Below, piece by piece: positions 11,201 to 26,200 of a stretch of DNA of 64,000 nt. A program made the position numbers and the translations under genes. Position 1 is the first letter of the stretch; the number at the start of each line of letters is the position of its first letter. The stretch is from contig OZ024742.1 in assembly GCA_964016885.1 (NCBI GenBank), positions 361,956,001-362,020,000 of the forward strand. Reading direction: 5' to 3'. The DNA is from Eledone cirrhosa (Eukaryota). The notes below the pieces were generated by a model that saw only the letters and a program-made list of their open reading frames with translations, was not told the origin of the DNA and searched no databases.

Positions 11201-14200
11201 ATTTAGACATCTCCCCCACTGTAGTTCCGCCAAATATAATGTATATATCAATATTTAGACATCTCCCCCACAGTAGCTCTGCTCTTATATAATGTATATA
11301 TATATATTTAGACATCTCCCCACTGTAACTCGGCCTAATATAAGGTATATATCAGTATTTAAACATCTCCCCCACCGTATCTCCGTCTATTCTAATGTAT
11401 ATATATCTATATTTAAACATCTCACCCACAGTAACTCTGCCTAATCTAATGTATATATCAATATTTAGACATCTCCCCCACTGTAGCTCATGCCAAATAT
11501 AATGTATATATCAATATTTAGATAACTCCCCAATTGTAGCTCTGCCTAATATAATGTATATATCAATATTTAGACATCTCCCCCACTATAGCTCTGCCAA
11601 ATACAATGTATATATCAATATTTAGACATCTCCCCCACTGTAGCTCTGCCTAATCTAATGTATATATCAATATTTAGACATCTCCCCAACTATAGCTCTG
11701 TCTAATACAATGTATATATCAATATTTAGACATCTCCCCCACTGTAGCTCTGCCTAATCTAATGTATATATCAATATTTAGACATCTCCCCACTGTAGCT
11801 CTGCCTAATCTAATGTATATATCAATATTTAGACAACTCCCCAATTGTAGCACTGCCTAATATAATGTATATATCAATATTTAGACATCTCCCCCACTGT
11901 ATCTCTGCCTGATATAATGTATATATCTATATTTAGACATCTCCCCCACTGTAGCTCTGCCAAATATAATGTATATATCAATATTTAGACAACTCCCCAA
12001 TTGTAGCACTGCCTAATATAATGTATATATCAATATTTAGACATCCCCCCCACTGTATCTCTGCCTGATATAATGTATATATCTATATTTAGACATCTCC
12101 CCCACTGTAGCTCTGCCTAATCTAACGTATATATATCGATATTTAGACATCTCCCCCACAGTAGCTCTGCCTAATATAATGTATATATCTAAATTTAGAC
12201 ATCTCCCCCACTGTAGCTCGGTCTAATATAATGTATATATCTATTTTTAGACATCTCACCCACTGTAACTCTGTCTAATCTAATGTATATATCAATATTT
12301 AGACAACTCCCGAGTGTGGCTCTGCCTAATCTAATGTATAGATCAACATTTAGACATCTCCCCACTGTAGCTCTGCCTAATCTAACGTATATATATCAAT
12401 ATTTAGATATCTCCCCCACAGTAGCTCTGTCTAATATAATGTATATATCAATATTTAGACAACTCCCCAATCGTAGCACTGCCTAATATAATGTATAAAT
12501 CAATATTTGGACATCTCCCCCACTATAGCTCTGTATAATACGATGTATATATCAATATTTAGACTTCTCCTCCACTGTAGCTCTGCCTAATCTAATGTAT
12601 ATATCAATATTTAGACATCTCCCCACTGTAGCTCTGACTAATCTAATGTATATATCAACATTTAGACATCTCCCCACTGTAGCTCTGCCTAATCTAATGT
12701 ATATATATCAATATTTAGACATCTCCCCCACTATAGCTCTGTGTAATCTAATGTATATATATCTATATTTAGACATCTCCCTCACAGTAGCTCTGCCTAA
12801 TATAATGTATATATCAGTATTTAGACATCTCCCCCACTGTAGCTCTGTCTAATCTAACGTATATATATCTATATTTAGACATCTCCCCCACTGTACCTCT
12901 GTCTAATATAATGTATATATCAATATTTAGACATCTCATCCACTGTAGCTCTGTTTAATCTAATGTATATATCAATATTTAGACATCTCCCCCACTGTAG
13001 TTCCGCCAAATATAATGTATATATCAATATTTGGACATCTCCCCCACAGTAGCTCTGCTCTTATATAATGTATATATATAATTAGACATCTCCCCACTGT
13101 AACTCGGCCTAATATAAGGTATATATCAGTATTTAAACATCTCCCCCACCGTATCTCCGTCTATTCTAATGTATATATATCTATATTTAGACATCTCACC
13201 CACAGTAACTCTGCCTAATATAATGTATATATCAATATTTAGACATCTCCCCCACTGTAGCTCTGCCTAATCTAATGTATATATCAATATTTAGACATCT
13301 CCCCCACTGTAGCTCTGTCTAATACAATGTATATATCAATATTTAGACATTGCCCCCACTGTAGCTCTGCCTAATGTAATGTATATATCTATATTTAGAC
13401 ATCTCCCACTGTAACTCTGCCTAATCTAATGTATATATCTATATTTAGACATCTCCCCCACTATAGCTCTGTCTAATACAATGTATATATCAATATTTAG
13501 ACATCTCCCCCACTGTAGCTCTGCCTAATCTAATGTATATATCTATATTTAGACATCTCCCCCACTATAGCTCTGTCTAATACAATGTATATATCAATAT
13601 TTAGACATCTCCCCCACTGTAGCTCTGCCTAATCTAATGTATATATCAATATTTAGACATCTCCCCCACTGTAGCTCTGCCTAATCTAATGTATATATCA
13701 ATATTTAGACATCTCCCCCACTGTAGCTCTGTCTAATATAATGTATATATCAATATTTGGACATCTCCCCCACTATAGCTCTGTCTAATACAATGTATAT
13801 ATCAGTATTTAGACATCTCCCCCACTGTAGCTCTGCCTAATATAATGTATATATCAATATTTAGACATCTCCCCCACTATAGCTCTGTCTAATCAAATGT
13901 ATATATATCTATAATTAGACATCTCCCCCACAGTAGCTCTGCCTAATATAATGTATATATCAGTATTTAGACATCTCCCCCACTATAGCTCTGTCTAATC
14001 TAATGTATATATCAATATTTAGACATCTCTCCCACTGTAACTCTGTATAATCTAATGTATATATCAATATTCAGACTTCTCCCCACTGTAGCTCTGTCTA
14101 ATCTAATGTATATATCAATATTTAGACATCGCCCCCATGGTAGCTCTGCCTAATATAATGTATATATCAATATTTAGACATCTCCCCCACTGTAACTCTG

Positions 14201-17200
14201 CCTAATGTAATGTATATATCTATATTTAGACATCTCCCCACTGCAAATCTGCCAAATATAATGTACATATCAATAGTTAGACATCTCCCCACTGTAACTC
14301 TGCCAAATATAATGTATATATCAATATTTAGACATCCCCCCACAGTAGCTCTGTCTAATATAATGGATATATCAATATTTAGACATCTCCCCCACAGTAG
14401 CTCCACCTAATCTAATGTATATATCAATATTTAGACATCTCCCCCACTATAGCTCTGTCTAATCAAATGTATTTATATCTATATTTAGACTTTTCCCCCA
14501 CTGTAACTCTGCCTAATATAATGTATATATCAATATTTAAACATCTCCCCCACTGTAACTCTGCCTAATGTAATGTATATATCTATATTTAGACATCTCC
14601 TCACTGTAGCTCCGCCAAATATAATGTATACATCAGTATTTAGACATCTCCTCACTGTAACTCTGCCTAATATAATGTATATATCAATATTTAGACATCT
14701 CCACCACTGTAGCTCTGCCTAATATAATGTATATATCAATATTTAGACATCTCCTCCCCCTGTAACTCTGCCTAATGTAATGTATATATATCTATATTTA
14801 GACATCTCCCCACTGTAACTCTGCTTAATATAATGTATATATCAATATTTAGACATCTCCCCCACAGTAGCTCTGTCTAATATATTGTATATATATCTAT
14901 ATTTAGACATCTCCCCCACTGTAGCTCTGCCTAATCTAATGTATATATCAATATTTAGACATCTCCCCCACTATAGCTCTGCCTTATGTAATGTATATAT
15001 CTATGTTTAGACATCTCCCACTGTAACTCTGCCTAATCTAATGTATATATCAATATTTAGACATCACCCCCACAGTAGCTCTGCCTAACGTAATGTATAT
15101 ATCTATATTTAGACATCTCCTCACTGTAGCTCTGCCAAATATAATGTATACATCAGTATTTAGACATCTCCTCACTGTAGCTCTGCCAAATATAATGTAT
15201 ACATCAGTATTTAGACATCTCCTCACTGTAACTCTGCCTAATATAATGTATATATCAGTATTTAGACATTTCCACCACTGTAGCTCTGCCTAATATAATG
15301 TATATATCAATATTTAGACATCTCCTCCCCCTGTAACTCTGCCTAATGTAATGTATATATATATTTAGACATGTCCCCACTGTAACTCGGCCTAATATAA
15401 GGTATATATCAATATTTAGACATCTCCCCACTGTAGCTCTGTCTAATCTAATGTATATATCAATATTTAGACATCTTCCCCGCCGTATCTCTGTCTAATC
15501 TAATGTATATATCAATATTTAGACATCTCCCCTACTGTAGCTCTGCCTAATATAATGTATATATTAATATTTAGACATCTCCCCACTGTAGCTCTGCCAA
15601 ATATAATGTATATATCAATATTTAGACATCTCTCCAATTGTAGCTCTGCCTAATATAATGTATATATCAATATTTAGACATCTCCCCCACTGTAACTCTG
15701 CCTAATCTAATGTATATATCTATATTTAGACATCTCCCCCACTATAGCTCTGTCTAATACAATGTATATATCAATATTTAGACTTCTCCCCCACTGTAGC
15801 TCTGCCTAATCTAATGTATATATCAATATTTAGACATCTCCCCACTGTAGCTCTGACTAATCTAATGTATATATCAACATTTAGACATCTCCCCACTGTA
15901 GCTCTGCCTAATGTAATGTATATATATCAATATTTAGACATCTCCCCCACTGTAGCTCTGCCTAATATAATGTATATATCAATATTAAGACATCTCCCCC
16001 ACTATAGCTCTGTGTAATCTAATGTATATATCAATATTTCGACATCTCCCCCACTATAGCTCTGTCTAATCTAATGTATATATATCTATATTTAGACATC
16101 TCCCCCACTGTAGCTCTGCCTAATATAATGTATATATCAATATTTAGACATCTCCCCCACTGTAGATCTGTCTAATCTAATGTATATATCAATATTTAGA
16201 CATCTTCCCACCCGTATCTCTGTCTAATCTAATGTATATATCAATATTTAGACATCTCCCCTACTGTAGCTCTGCCTAATATAATGTATATATTAATATT
16301 TAGACATCTCCCCACTGTAGCTCTGCCAAATATAATGTATATATCAATATTTAGATAACTCCCCAATTGTAGCTCTGCCTAATATAATGTATATATCAAT
16401 ATTTAGACATCTCCCACACTGTAGCTCTGCCTAATCTAATGTATATATCAATATTTAGACATCTCCCCCACTATAGCTCTGTCTAATACAATGTATATAT
16501 CGATATTTAGACATCTCCCCCACTGTAGCTCTGCCTAATCTAAAGTATATATCAATATTTAGACATCTCCCCCACTATAGCTCTGTCTAATACAATGTAT
16601 ATATCTATTTTTAGACATCTCCCCCACTGTAACTCTGTCTAATCTAATGTATATATCAATATTTAGACAACTCCCCAATTGTAGCACTGCCTAATATAAT
16701 GTATATATCAATATTTAGACATCTCCCCCACTGTATCTCTGCCTGATATAATGTATATATCTATATTTAGACATCTCCCCCACTGTAGCTCTGCCAAATA
16801 TAATGTATATATCAATATTTAGACAACTCCCCAATTGTAGCACTGCCTAATATAATGTATATATCAATATTTAGACATCTCCCCCACTGTATCTCTGCCT
16901 GATATAATGTATATATCTATATTTAGACATCTCCCCCACTGTAGCTCTGCCTAATCTAACATATATATATCGATATTTAGACATCTCCCCCACAGTAGCT
17001 CTGCCTAATATAATGTATATATCAATATTTAGACATCTCCCCCACAGTAGCTCTGTCTAAGCTAATGTATATATATCTATATTTAGACATCACCCCACTG
17101 TAACTCTGCCTAATATAATGTATATATCTAAATTTAGACATCTCCCCCACTGTAGCTCGGTCTAATATAATGTATATATCTATTTTTAGACATCTCACCC

Positions 17201-20200
17201 ACTGTAACTCTGTCTAATCTAATGTATATATCAACATTTAGACATCTCCCCACTGTAGCTCTTCCTAATCTAACGTATATATATCAATATTTAGACATCT
17301 CCCCCACAGTAGCTCTGTCTAATATAATGTATATATCAATATTTAGACAACTCCCCAATTGTAGCACTGCCTAATATAATGTATATATCAATATTTGGAC
17401 ATCTCCCCCACTATAGCTCTGTATAATACAATGTATATATCAATATTTAGACTTCTCCCCCACTGTAGCTCTGCCTAATCTAATGTATATATCAATATTT
17501 AGACATCTCCCCACTGTAGCTCTGACTAATCTAAAGTATATATCAACATTTAGACATCTCCCCACTGTAGCTCTGCCTAATCTAATGTATATATATCAAT
17601 ATTTAGACATCTCCCCCACTGTAGCTCTGCCTAATGTAATGTATATATCAATATTTAGACATCTCCCCCACTATAGCTCTGTGTAATCTAATGTATATAT
17701 ATCTATATTTAGACATCTCCCCCACTGTAGTTCTGCCTAATCTAATGTATATATCAATATTTAGACATCTCCCCCACTATAGCTCTGTCTAATCTAATGT
17801 ATATATATCTATATTTAGACATCTCCCTCACAGTAGCTCTGCCTAATATAATGTATATATCAGTATTTAGACATCTCCCCCACTGTAGCTCTGTCTAATC
17901 TAATGTATATATCAATATTTAGACATCTCCCCCACTGTAGTTCCGCCAAATCTAATGTATATATCAACATTTAGACATCTCCCCACTGTAGCTCTGCCTA
18001 ATCTAATGTATATATATCTATATTTAGACATCTCCCCCACTGTACCTCTGTCTAATATAATGTATATATCAATATTTAGACATCTCATCCACTGTAGCTC
18101 TGTCTAATCTAATGTATATATCAATATTTAGACATCTCCCCCACTGTAGTTCCGCCAAATATAATGTATATATCAATATTTAGACATCTCCCCCACAGTA
18201 GCTCTGCTCTTATATAATGTATATATATAATTAGACATCTCCCAACTGTAACTCGGCCTAATATAAGGTATATATCAGTATTTAAACATCTCCCCCACCG
18301 TATCTCCGTCTATTCTAATGTATATATATCTATATTTAGACATCTCACCCACAGTAACTCTGCCTAATATAATGTATATATCAATATTTAGACATCTCCC
18401 CCACTGTAGCTCTGCCTAATCTAATGTATATATCAATATTTAGACATCCCCCCACAGTAGCTCTGTCTAATATAATGTATATATATCTATATTTAGACAT
18501 CTCCCCCACTGTAGCTCTGCCGAATCTAATGTATATATCAATATTTAGACATCTCCCCCACTATAGCTCTGCCTTATGTAATGTATATATCTATGTTTAG
18601 ACATCTCCCACTGTAACTCTGCCTAATCTAATGTATATATCAATATTTAGACATCACCCCCACAGTAGCTCTGCCTAACGTAATGTATATATCTATATTT
18701 AGACATCTCCTCAGTGTAGCTCTGCCAAATATAATGTATACATCAGTATTTAGACATCTCCTCACTGTAGCTCTGCCAAATATAATGTATACATCAGTAT
18801 TTAGACATCTCCTCACTGTAACTCTGCCTAATATAATGTATATATCAGTATTTAGACATTTCCACCACTGTAGCTCTGCCTAATATAATGTATATATCAA
18901 TATTTAGACATCTCCTCCCCCTGTAACTCTGCCTAATGTAATGTATATATATATTTAGACATGTCCCCACTGTAACTCGGCCTAATATAAGGTATATATC
19001 AATATTTAGACATCTCCCCACTGTAGCTCTGTCTAATCTAATGTATATATCAATATTTAGACATCTTCCCCGCCGTATCTCTGTCTAATCTAATGTATAT
19101 ATCAATATTTAGACATCTCCCCTACTGTAGCGCTGCCTAATATAATGTATATATTAATATTTAGACATCTCCCCACTGTAGCTCTGCCAAATATAATGTA
19201 TATATCAATATTTAGACATCTCCCCAATTGTAGCTCTGCCTAATATAATGTATATATCAATATTTAGACATCTCCCCCACTGTAACTCTGCCTAATCTAA
19301 TGTATATATCTATATTTAGACATCTCCCCCACTATAGCTCTGTCTAATACAATGTATATATCAATATTTAGACTTCTCCCCCACTGTAGCTCTGCCTAAT
19401 CTAATGTATATATCAATATTTAGACATCTCCCCACTGTAGCTCTGACTAATCTAATGTATATATCAACATTTAGACATCTCCCCACTGTAGCTCTGCCTA
19501 ATGTAATGTATATATATCAATATTTAGACATCTCCCCCACTGTAGCTCTGCCTAATATAATGTATATATCAATATTAAGACATCTCCCCCACTATAGCTC
19601 TGTGTAATCTAATGTATATATCAATATTTAGACATCTCCCCCACTATAGCTCTGTGTAATCTAATGTATATATATCTATATTTAGACATTTCCCCTACTG
19701 TAGCTCTGCCTAATATAATGTATATATTAATATTTAGACATCTCCCCACTGTAGCTCTGTCAAATATAATGTATATATCAATATTTAGATAACTCCCCAA
19801 TTGTAGCTCTGCCTAATATAATGTATATATCAATATTTAGACATCTCCCACACTGTAGCTCTGCTTAATCTAATGTATATATCAATATTTAGACATCTCC
19901 CCCACTATAGCTCTGTCTAATACAATGTATATATCGATATTTAGACATCTCCCCCACTGTAGCTCTGCCTAATCTAAAGTATATATCAATATTTAGACAT
20001 CTCCCCTACTATAGCTCTGTCTAATACAATGTATATATCTATTTTTAGACATCTCCCCCACTGTAACTCTGTCTAATCTAATGTATATATCAATATTTAG
20101 ACAACTCCCCAATTGTAGCACTGCCTAATATAATGTATATATCAATATTTAGACATCTCCCCCACTGTATCTCTGCCTGATATAATGTATATATCTATAT

Positions 20201-23200
20201 TTAGACATCTCCCCCACTGTAGCTCTGCCAAATATAATGTATATATCAATATTTAGACAACTCCCCAATTGTAGCACTGCCTAATATAATGTATATATCA
20301 ATATTTAGACATCTCCCCCACTGTATCTCTGCCTGATATAATGTATATATCTATATTTAGACATCTCCCCCACTGTAGCTCTCCCTAATCTAACATATAT
20401 ATATCGATATTAGACATCTCCCCCACAGTAGCTCTGCCTAATATAATGTATATATCAATATTTAGACATCTCCCCCACAGTAGCTCTGTCTAAGCTAATG
20501 TATATATATCTATATTTAGACATCACCCCACTGTAACTCTGCCTAATATAATGTATATATCTAAATTTAGACATCTCCCCCACTATAGCTCGGTCTAATA
20601 TAATGTATATATCTATTTTTAGACATCTCCCCACTGTAGCTCTGCCTAATCTAACGTATATATATCAATATTTAGACATCTCCCCCACAGTAGCTCTGTC
20701 TAATATAATGTATATATCAATATTTAGACAACTCCCCAATTGTAGCACTGCCTAATATAATGTATATATCAATATTTGGACATCTCCCCCACTATAGCTC
20801 TGTATAATACAATGTATATATCAATATTTAGACTTCTCCCCCACTGTAGCTCTGCCTAATCTAATGTATATATCAATATTTAGACATCTCCCCACTGTAG
20901 CTCTGACTAATCTAAAGTATATATCAACATTTAGACATCTCCCCACTGTAGCTCTGACTAATCTAAAGTATATATCAATATTTAGACATCTCCCCCACTG
21001 TAGCTCTGCCTAATGTAATGTATATATCAATATTTAGACATCTCCCCCACTATAGCTCTGTCTAATCTAATGTATATATATCTATATTTAGACATCTCCC
21101 TCACAGTAGCTCTGCCTAATATAATGTATATATCAGTATTTAGACATCTCCCCCACTGTAGCTCTGTCTAATCTAATGTATATATCAATATTTAGACATC
21201 TCCCCCACTGTAGTTCCGCCAAATCTAATGTATATATCAACATTTAGACATCTCCCCACTGTAGCTCTGCCTAATCTAATGTATATATATCTATATTTAG
21301 ACATCTCCCCCACTGTACCTCTGTCTAATATAATGTATATATCAATATTTAGACATCTCATCCACTGTAGCTCTGTCTAATCTAATGTATATATCAATAT
21401 TTAGACATCTCCCCCACTGTAGTTCCGCCAAATATAATGTATATATCAATATTTAGACATCTCCCCCACAGTAGCTCTGCTCTTATATAATGTATATATA
21501 TAATTAGACATCTCCCCACTGTAACTCGGCCTAATATAAGGTATATATCAGTATTTAAACATCTCCCCCACCGTATCTCCGTCTATTCTAATGTATATAT
21601 ATCTATATTTAGACATCTCACCCACAGTAACTCTGCCTAATATAATGTATATATCAATATTTAGACATCTCCCCCACTGTAGCTCTGCCTAATCTAATGT
21701 ATATATCAATATTTAGACATCTCCCCCACTATAGCTCTGTCTAATACAATGTATATATCAATATTTAGACATCTCCCCCACTGTAGCTCTGCCTAATGTA
21801 ATGTATATATCTATATTTAGACATCTCCCACTGTAACTCTGCCTAATCTAATGTATATATCTATATTTAGACATCTCCCCCACTATAGCTCTGTCTAATA
21901 CAATGTATATATCAATATTTAGACATCTCCCCCACTGTAGCTCTGCCTAATCTAATGTATATAGCAATATTTAGACATCTCCCCACTGTAGTTCTGACAA
22001 ATATAATGTATATATCAATATTGAGACATCTCCCCCACAGTAGCTCTGCCTAATATAATGTATATATCTATATTTAGACATCTCCCCCACTGTAGCACGG
22101 TCTAATATAATGTATATATCTATTCTTAGACATCTCCCCACTGTAGCTCTGCCTAATATAATGTATATATATCAATATTTAGACATCTCCCCCACAGTAG
22201 CTCTGTCTTATATAATGTATATATCAATATTTGGACATCTCCCCCACTATAGCTCTGTCTAATACAATGTATATATCAATATTTAGACATCTCCCCCACT
22301 GTAGCTCTGCCTAATATAATGTATATATCAATATTCAGACATCTCTCCCACTGTAACTCTGTCTAATCTAATGTATATATCAATATTCAGACTTCTCCCC
22401 ACTGTAGCTCTGTCTAATCTAATGTATATATCAATATTTAGACATCGCCCCCATGGTAGCTCTGCCTAATATAATGTATATATCAATATTTAGACATCTC
22501 CCCCACTGTAACTCTGCCTAATGTAATGTATATATCTATATTTAGACATCTCCCCACTGCAAATCTGCCAAATATAATGTACATATCAATAGTTAGACAT
22601 CTCCCCACTGTAACTCTGCCAAATATAATGTATATATCAATATTTAGACATCCCCCCCACAGTAGCTCTGTCTAATATAATGTATATATCAATATTTAGA
22701 CATCTCCCCCACAGTAGCTCCACCTAATCTAATGTATATATCAATATTTAGACATCTCCCCCACTATAGCTCTGTCTAATCTAATGTATTTATATCTATA
22801 TTTAGACTTTTCCCCCACTGTAACTCTGCCTAATATAATGTATATATCAATATTTAAACATCTCCCCCACTGTAACTCTGCCTAATGTAATGTATATATC
22901 TATATTTAGACATCTCCTCACTGTAACTCTGCCTAATATAATGTATCTATCAGTATTTAGACATCTCCACCACTGTAGCTCTGCCTAATATAATGTATAT
23001 ATCAATATGTAGACATCTCCACCACTGTAGCTCTCCCTAATATAATGTATATATCAATATTTAGACATCTCCTCCCCCTGTAACTCTGCCTAATGTAATG
23101 TATATATATCTATATTTAGACATCTCCCCACTGTAACTTGGCCTAATATAAGGTATATATCAATATTTAGACATCTCCCCACTGTAACTTGGCCTAATAT

Positions 23201-26200
23201 AAGGTATATATCAATATTTAGACATCTCGCCCACCGTATCTCTGTCTAATCTAATGTATTTATCAATATTTAGACATCACCCCACTGTAGCTCTGTCTAA
23301 TATAATGTATATATCAATATTTAGACATCACCCCACTGTAACTCTGCTTAATATAATGTATATATCAATATTTAGACATCTCCCCCACAGTAGCTCTGTC
23401 TAATATAATGTATATATATCTATATTTAGACATCTCCCCCACTGTAGCTCTGCCTAATCTAATGTATATATCAATATTTAAACATCTCCCCCACTATAGC
23501 TCTGCCTTATGTAATGTATATATCTATGTTTAGACATCTCCCACTGTAACTCTGCCTAATCTAATGTATATATCAATATTTAGACATCTCCCCCACAGTA
23601 GCTCTGCCTAACGTAATGTATATATCTATATTTAGACATCTCCTCACAGTAGCTCTGCCAAATATAATGTATACATCAGTATTTAGACATCTCCTCACAG
23701 TCACTCTGCCTAATATAATGTATATATCAGTATTTAGACATCTCCCCCACTGTAGCTCTGCCTAATATAATGTATATATTAATATTTAGACATCTCCCCA
23801 CTGTAGCTCTGCCAAATATAATGTATATATCAATATTTAGATAACTCCCCAATTGTAGCTCTGCCTAATATAATGTATATATCAATATTTAGACATCTCC
23901 CACACTGTAGCTCTGCCTAATCTAATGTATATATCAATATTTAGACATCTCCCCCACTATAGCTCTGTCTAATACAATGTATATATCGATATTTAGACAT
24001 CTCCCCCACTGTAGCTCTGCCTAATCTAAAGTATATATCAATATTTAGACATCTCCCCCACTATAGCTCTGTCTAATACAATGTATATATCTATTTTTAG
24101 ACATCTCCCCCACTGTAACTCTGTCTAATCTAATGTATATATCAATATTTAGACAACTCCCCAATTGTAGCACTGCCTAATATAATGTATATATCAATAT
24201 TTAGACATCTCCCCCACTGTATCTCTGCCTGATATAATGTATATATCTATATTTAGACATCTCCCCCACTGTAGCTCTGCCAAATATAATGTATATATCA
24301 ATATTTAGACAACTCCCCAATTGTAGCACTGCCTAATATAATGTATATATCAATATTTAGACATCTCCCCCACTGTATCTCTGCCTGATATAATGTATAT
24401 ATCTATATTTAGACATCTCCCCCACTGTAGCTCTCCCTAATCTAACATATATATATCGATATTTAGACATCTCACCCACAGTAGCTCTGCCTAATATAAT
24501 GTATATATCAATATTTAGACATCTCCCCCACTGTAGCTCGGTCTAATATAATGTATATATCTATTTTTAGACATCTCCCCACTGTAGCTCTGCCTAATCT
24601 AACGTATATATATCAATATTTAGACATCTCCCCCACAGTAGCTCTGTCTAATATAATGTATATATCTATATTTAGACAACTCCCCAATTGTAGCACTGCT
24701 TAATATAATGTATATATCAATATTTGGACATCTCCCCCACTATAGCTCTGTATAATACAATGTATATATCAATATTTAGACTTCTCCCCCACTGTAGCTC
24801 TGCCTAATCTAATGTATATATCAATATTTAGACATCTCCCCCACTGTCGCTCTGCCTAATGTAATGTATATATCAATATTTAGACATCTCTTCCACTATA
24901 GCTCTGTGTAATCTAATGTATATATATCTATATTTAGACATCTCCCCCACTGTAGTTCTGCCTAATCTAATGTATATATCAATATTTATACATCTACCCC
25001 ACTATAGATCTGTCTAATCTAATGTATATATATCTATATTTAGACATCTCCCTCACAGTAGCTCTGCCTAATATAATGTATATATCAGTATTTAGACATC
25101 TCCCCCACTGTAGCTCTGTCTAATCTAATGTATATATCAATATTTAGACATCTCCCCCACTGTAGTTCCGCCAAATCTAATGTATATATCAACATTTAGA
25201 CATCTCCCCACTGTAGCTCTGCCTAATCTAATGTATATATATCTATATTTAGACATCTCCCCCACTGTACCTCTGTCTAATATAATGTATATATCTATTC
25301 TTAGACATCTCCCCACTGTAGCTCTGCCTAATATAATGTATATATATCAATATTTAGACATCTCCCCCACAGTAGCTCTGTCTAATATAATGTATATATC
25401 AATATTCAGACATCTCTCCCACTGTAACTCTGTCTAATCTAATGTATATATCAATATTCAGACTTCTCCCCACTGTAGCTCTGTCTAATCTAATGTATAT
25501 ATCAATATTCAGACTTCTCCCCACTGTAACTTGGCCTAATATAAGGTATATATCAATATTTAGACATCTCCCCACTGTAACTTGGCCTAATATAAGGTAT
25601 ATATCAATATTTAGACATCTCGCCCACCGTATCTCTGTCTAATCTAATGTATTTATCAATATTTAGACATCACCCCACTGTAGCTCTGTCTAATATAATG
25701 TATATATCAATATTTAGACATCACCCCACTGTAACTCTGCTTAATATAATGTATATATCAATATTTAGACATCTCCCCCACAGTAGCTCTGTCTAATATA
25801 ATGTATATATATCTATATTTAGACATCTCCCCCACTGTAGCTCTGCCTAATCTAATGTATATATCAATATTTAAACATCTCCCCCACTATAGCTCTGCCT
25901 TATGTAATGTATATATCTATGTTTAGACATCTCCCACTGTAACTCTGCCTAATCTAATGTATATATCAATATTTAGACATCTCCCCCACAGTAGCTCTGC
26001 CTAACGTAATGTATATATCTATATTTAGACATCTCCTCACAGTAGCTCTGCCAAATATAATGTATACATCAGTATTTAGACATCTCCTCACAGTCACTCT
26101 GCCTAATATAATGTATATATCAGTATTTAGACATCTCCCCCACTGTAGCTCTGCCTAATATAATGTATATATTAATATTTAGACATCTCCCCACTGTAGC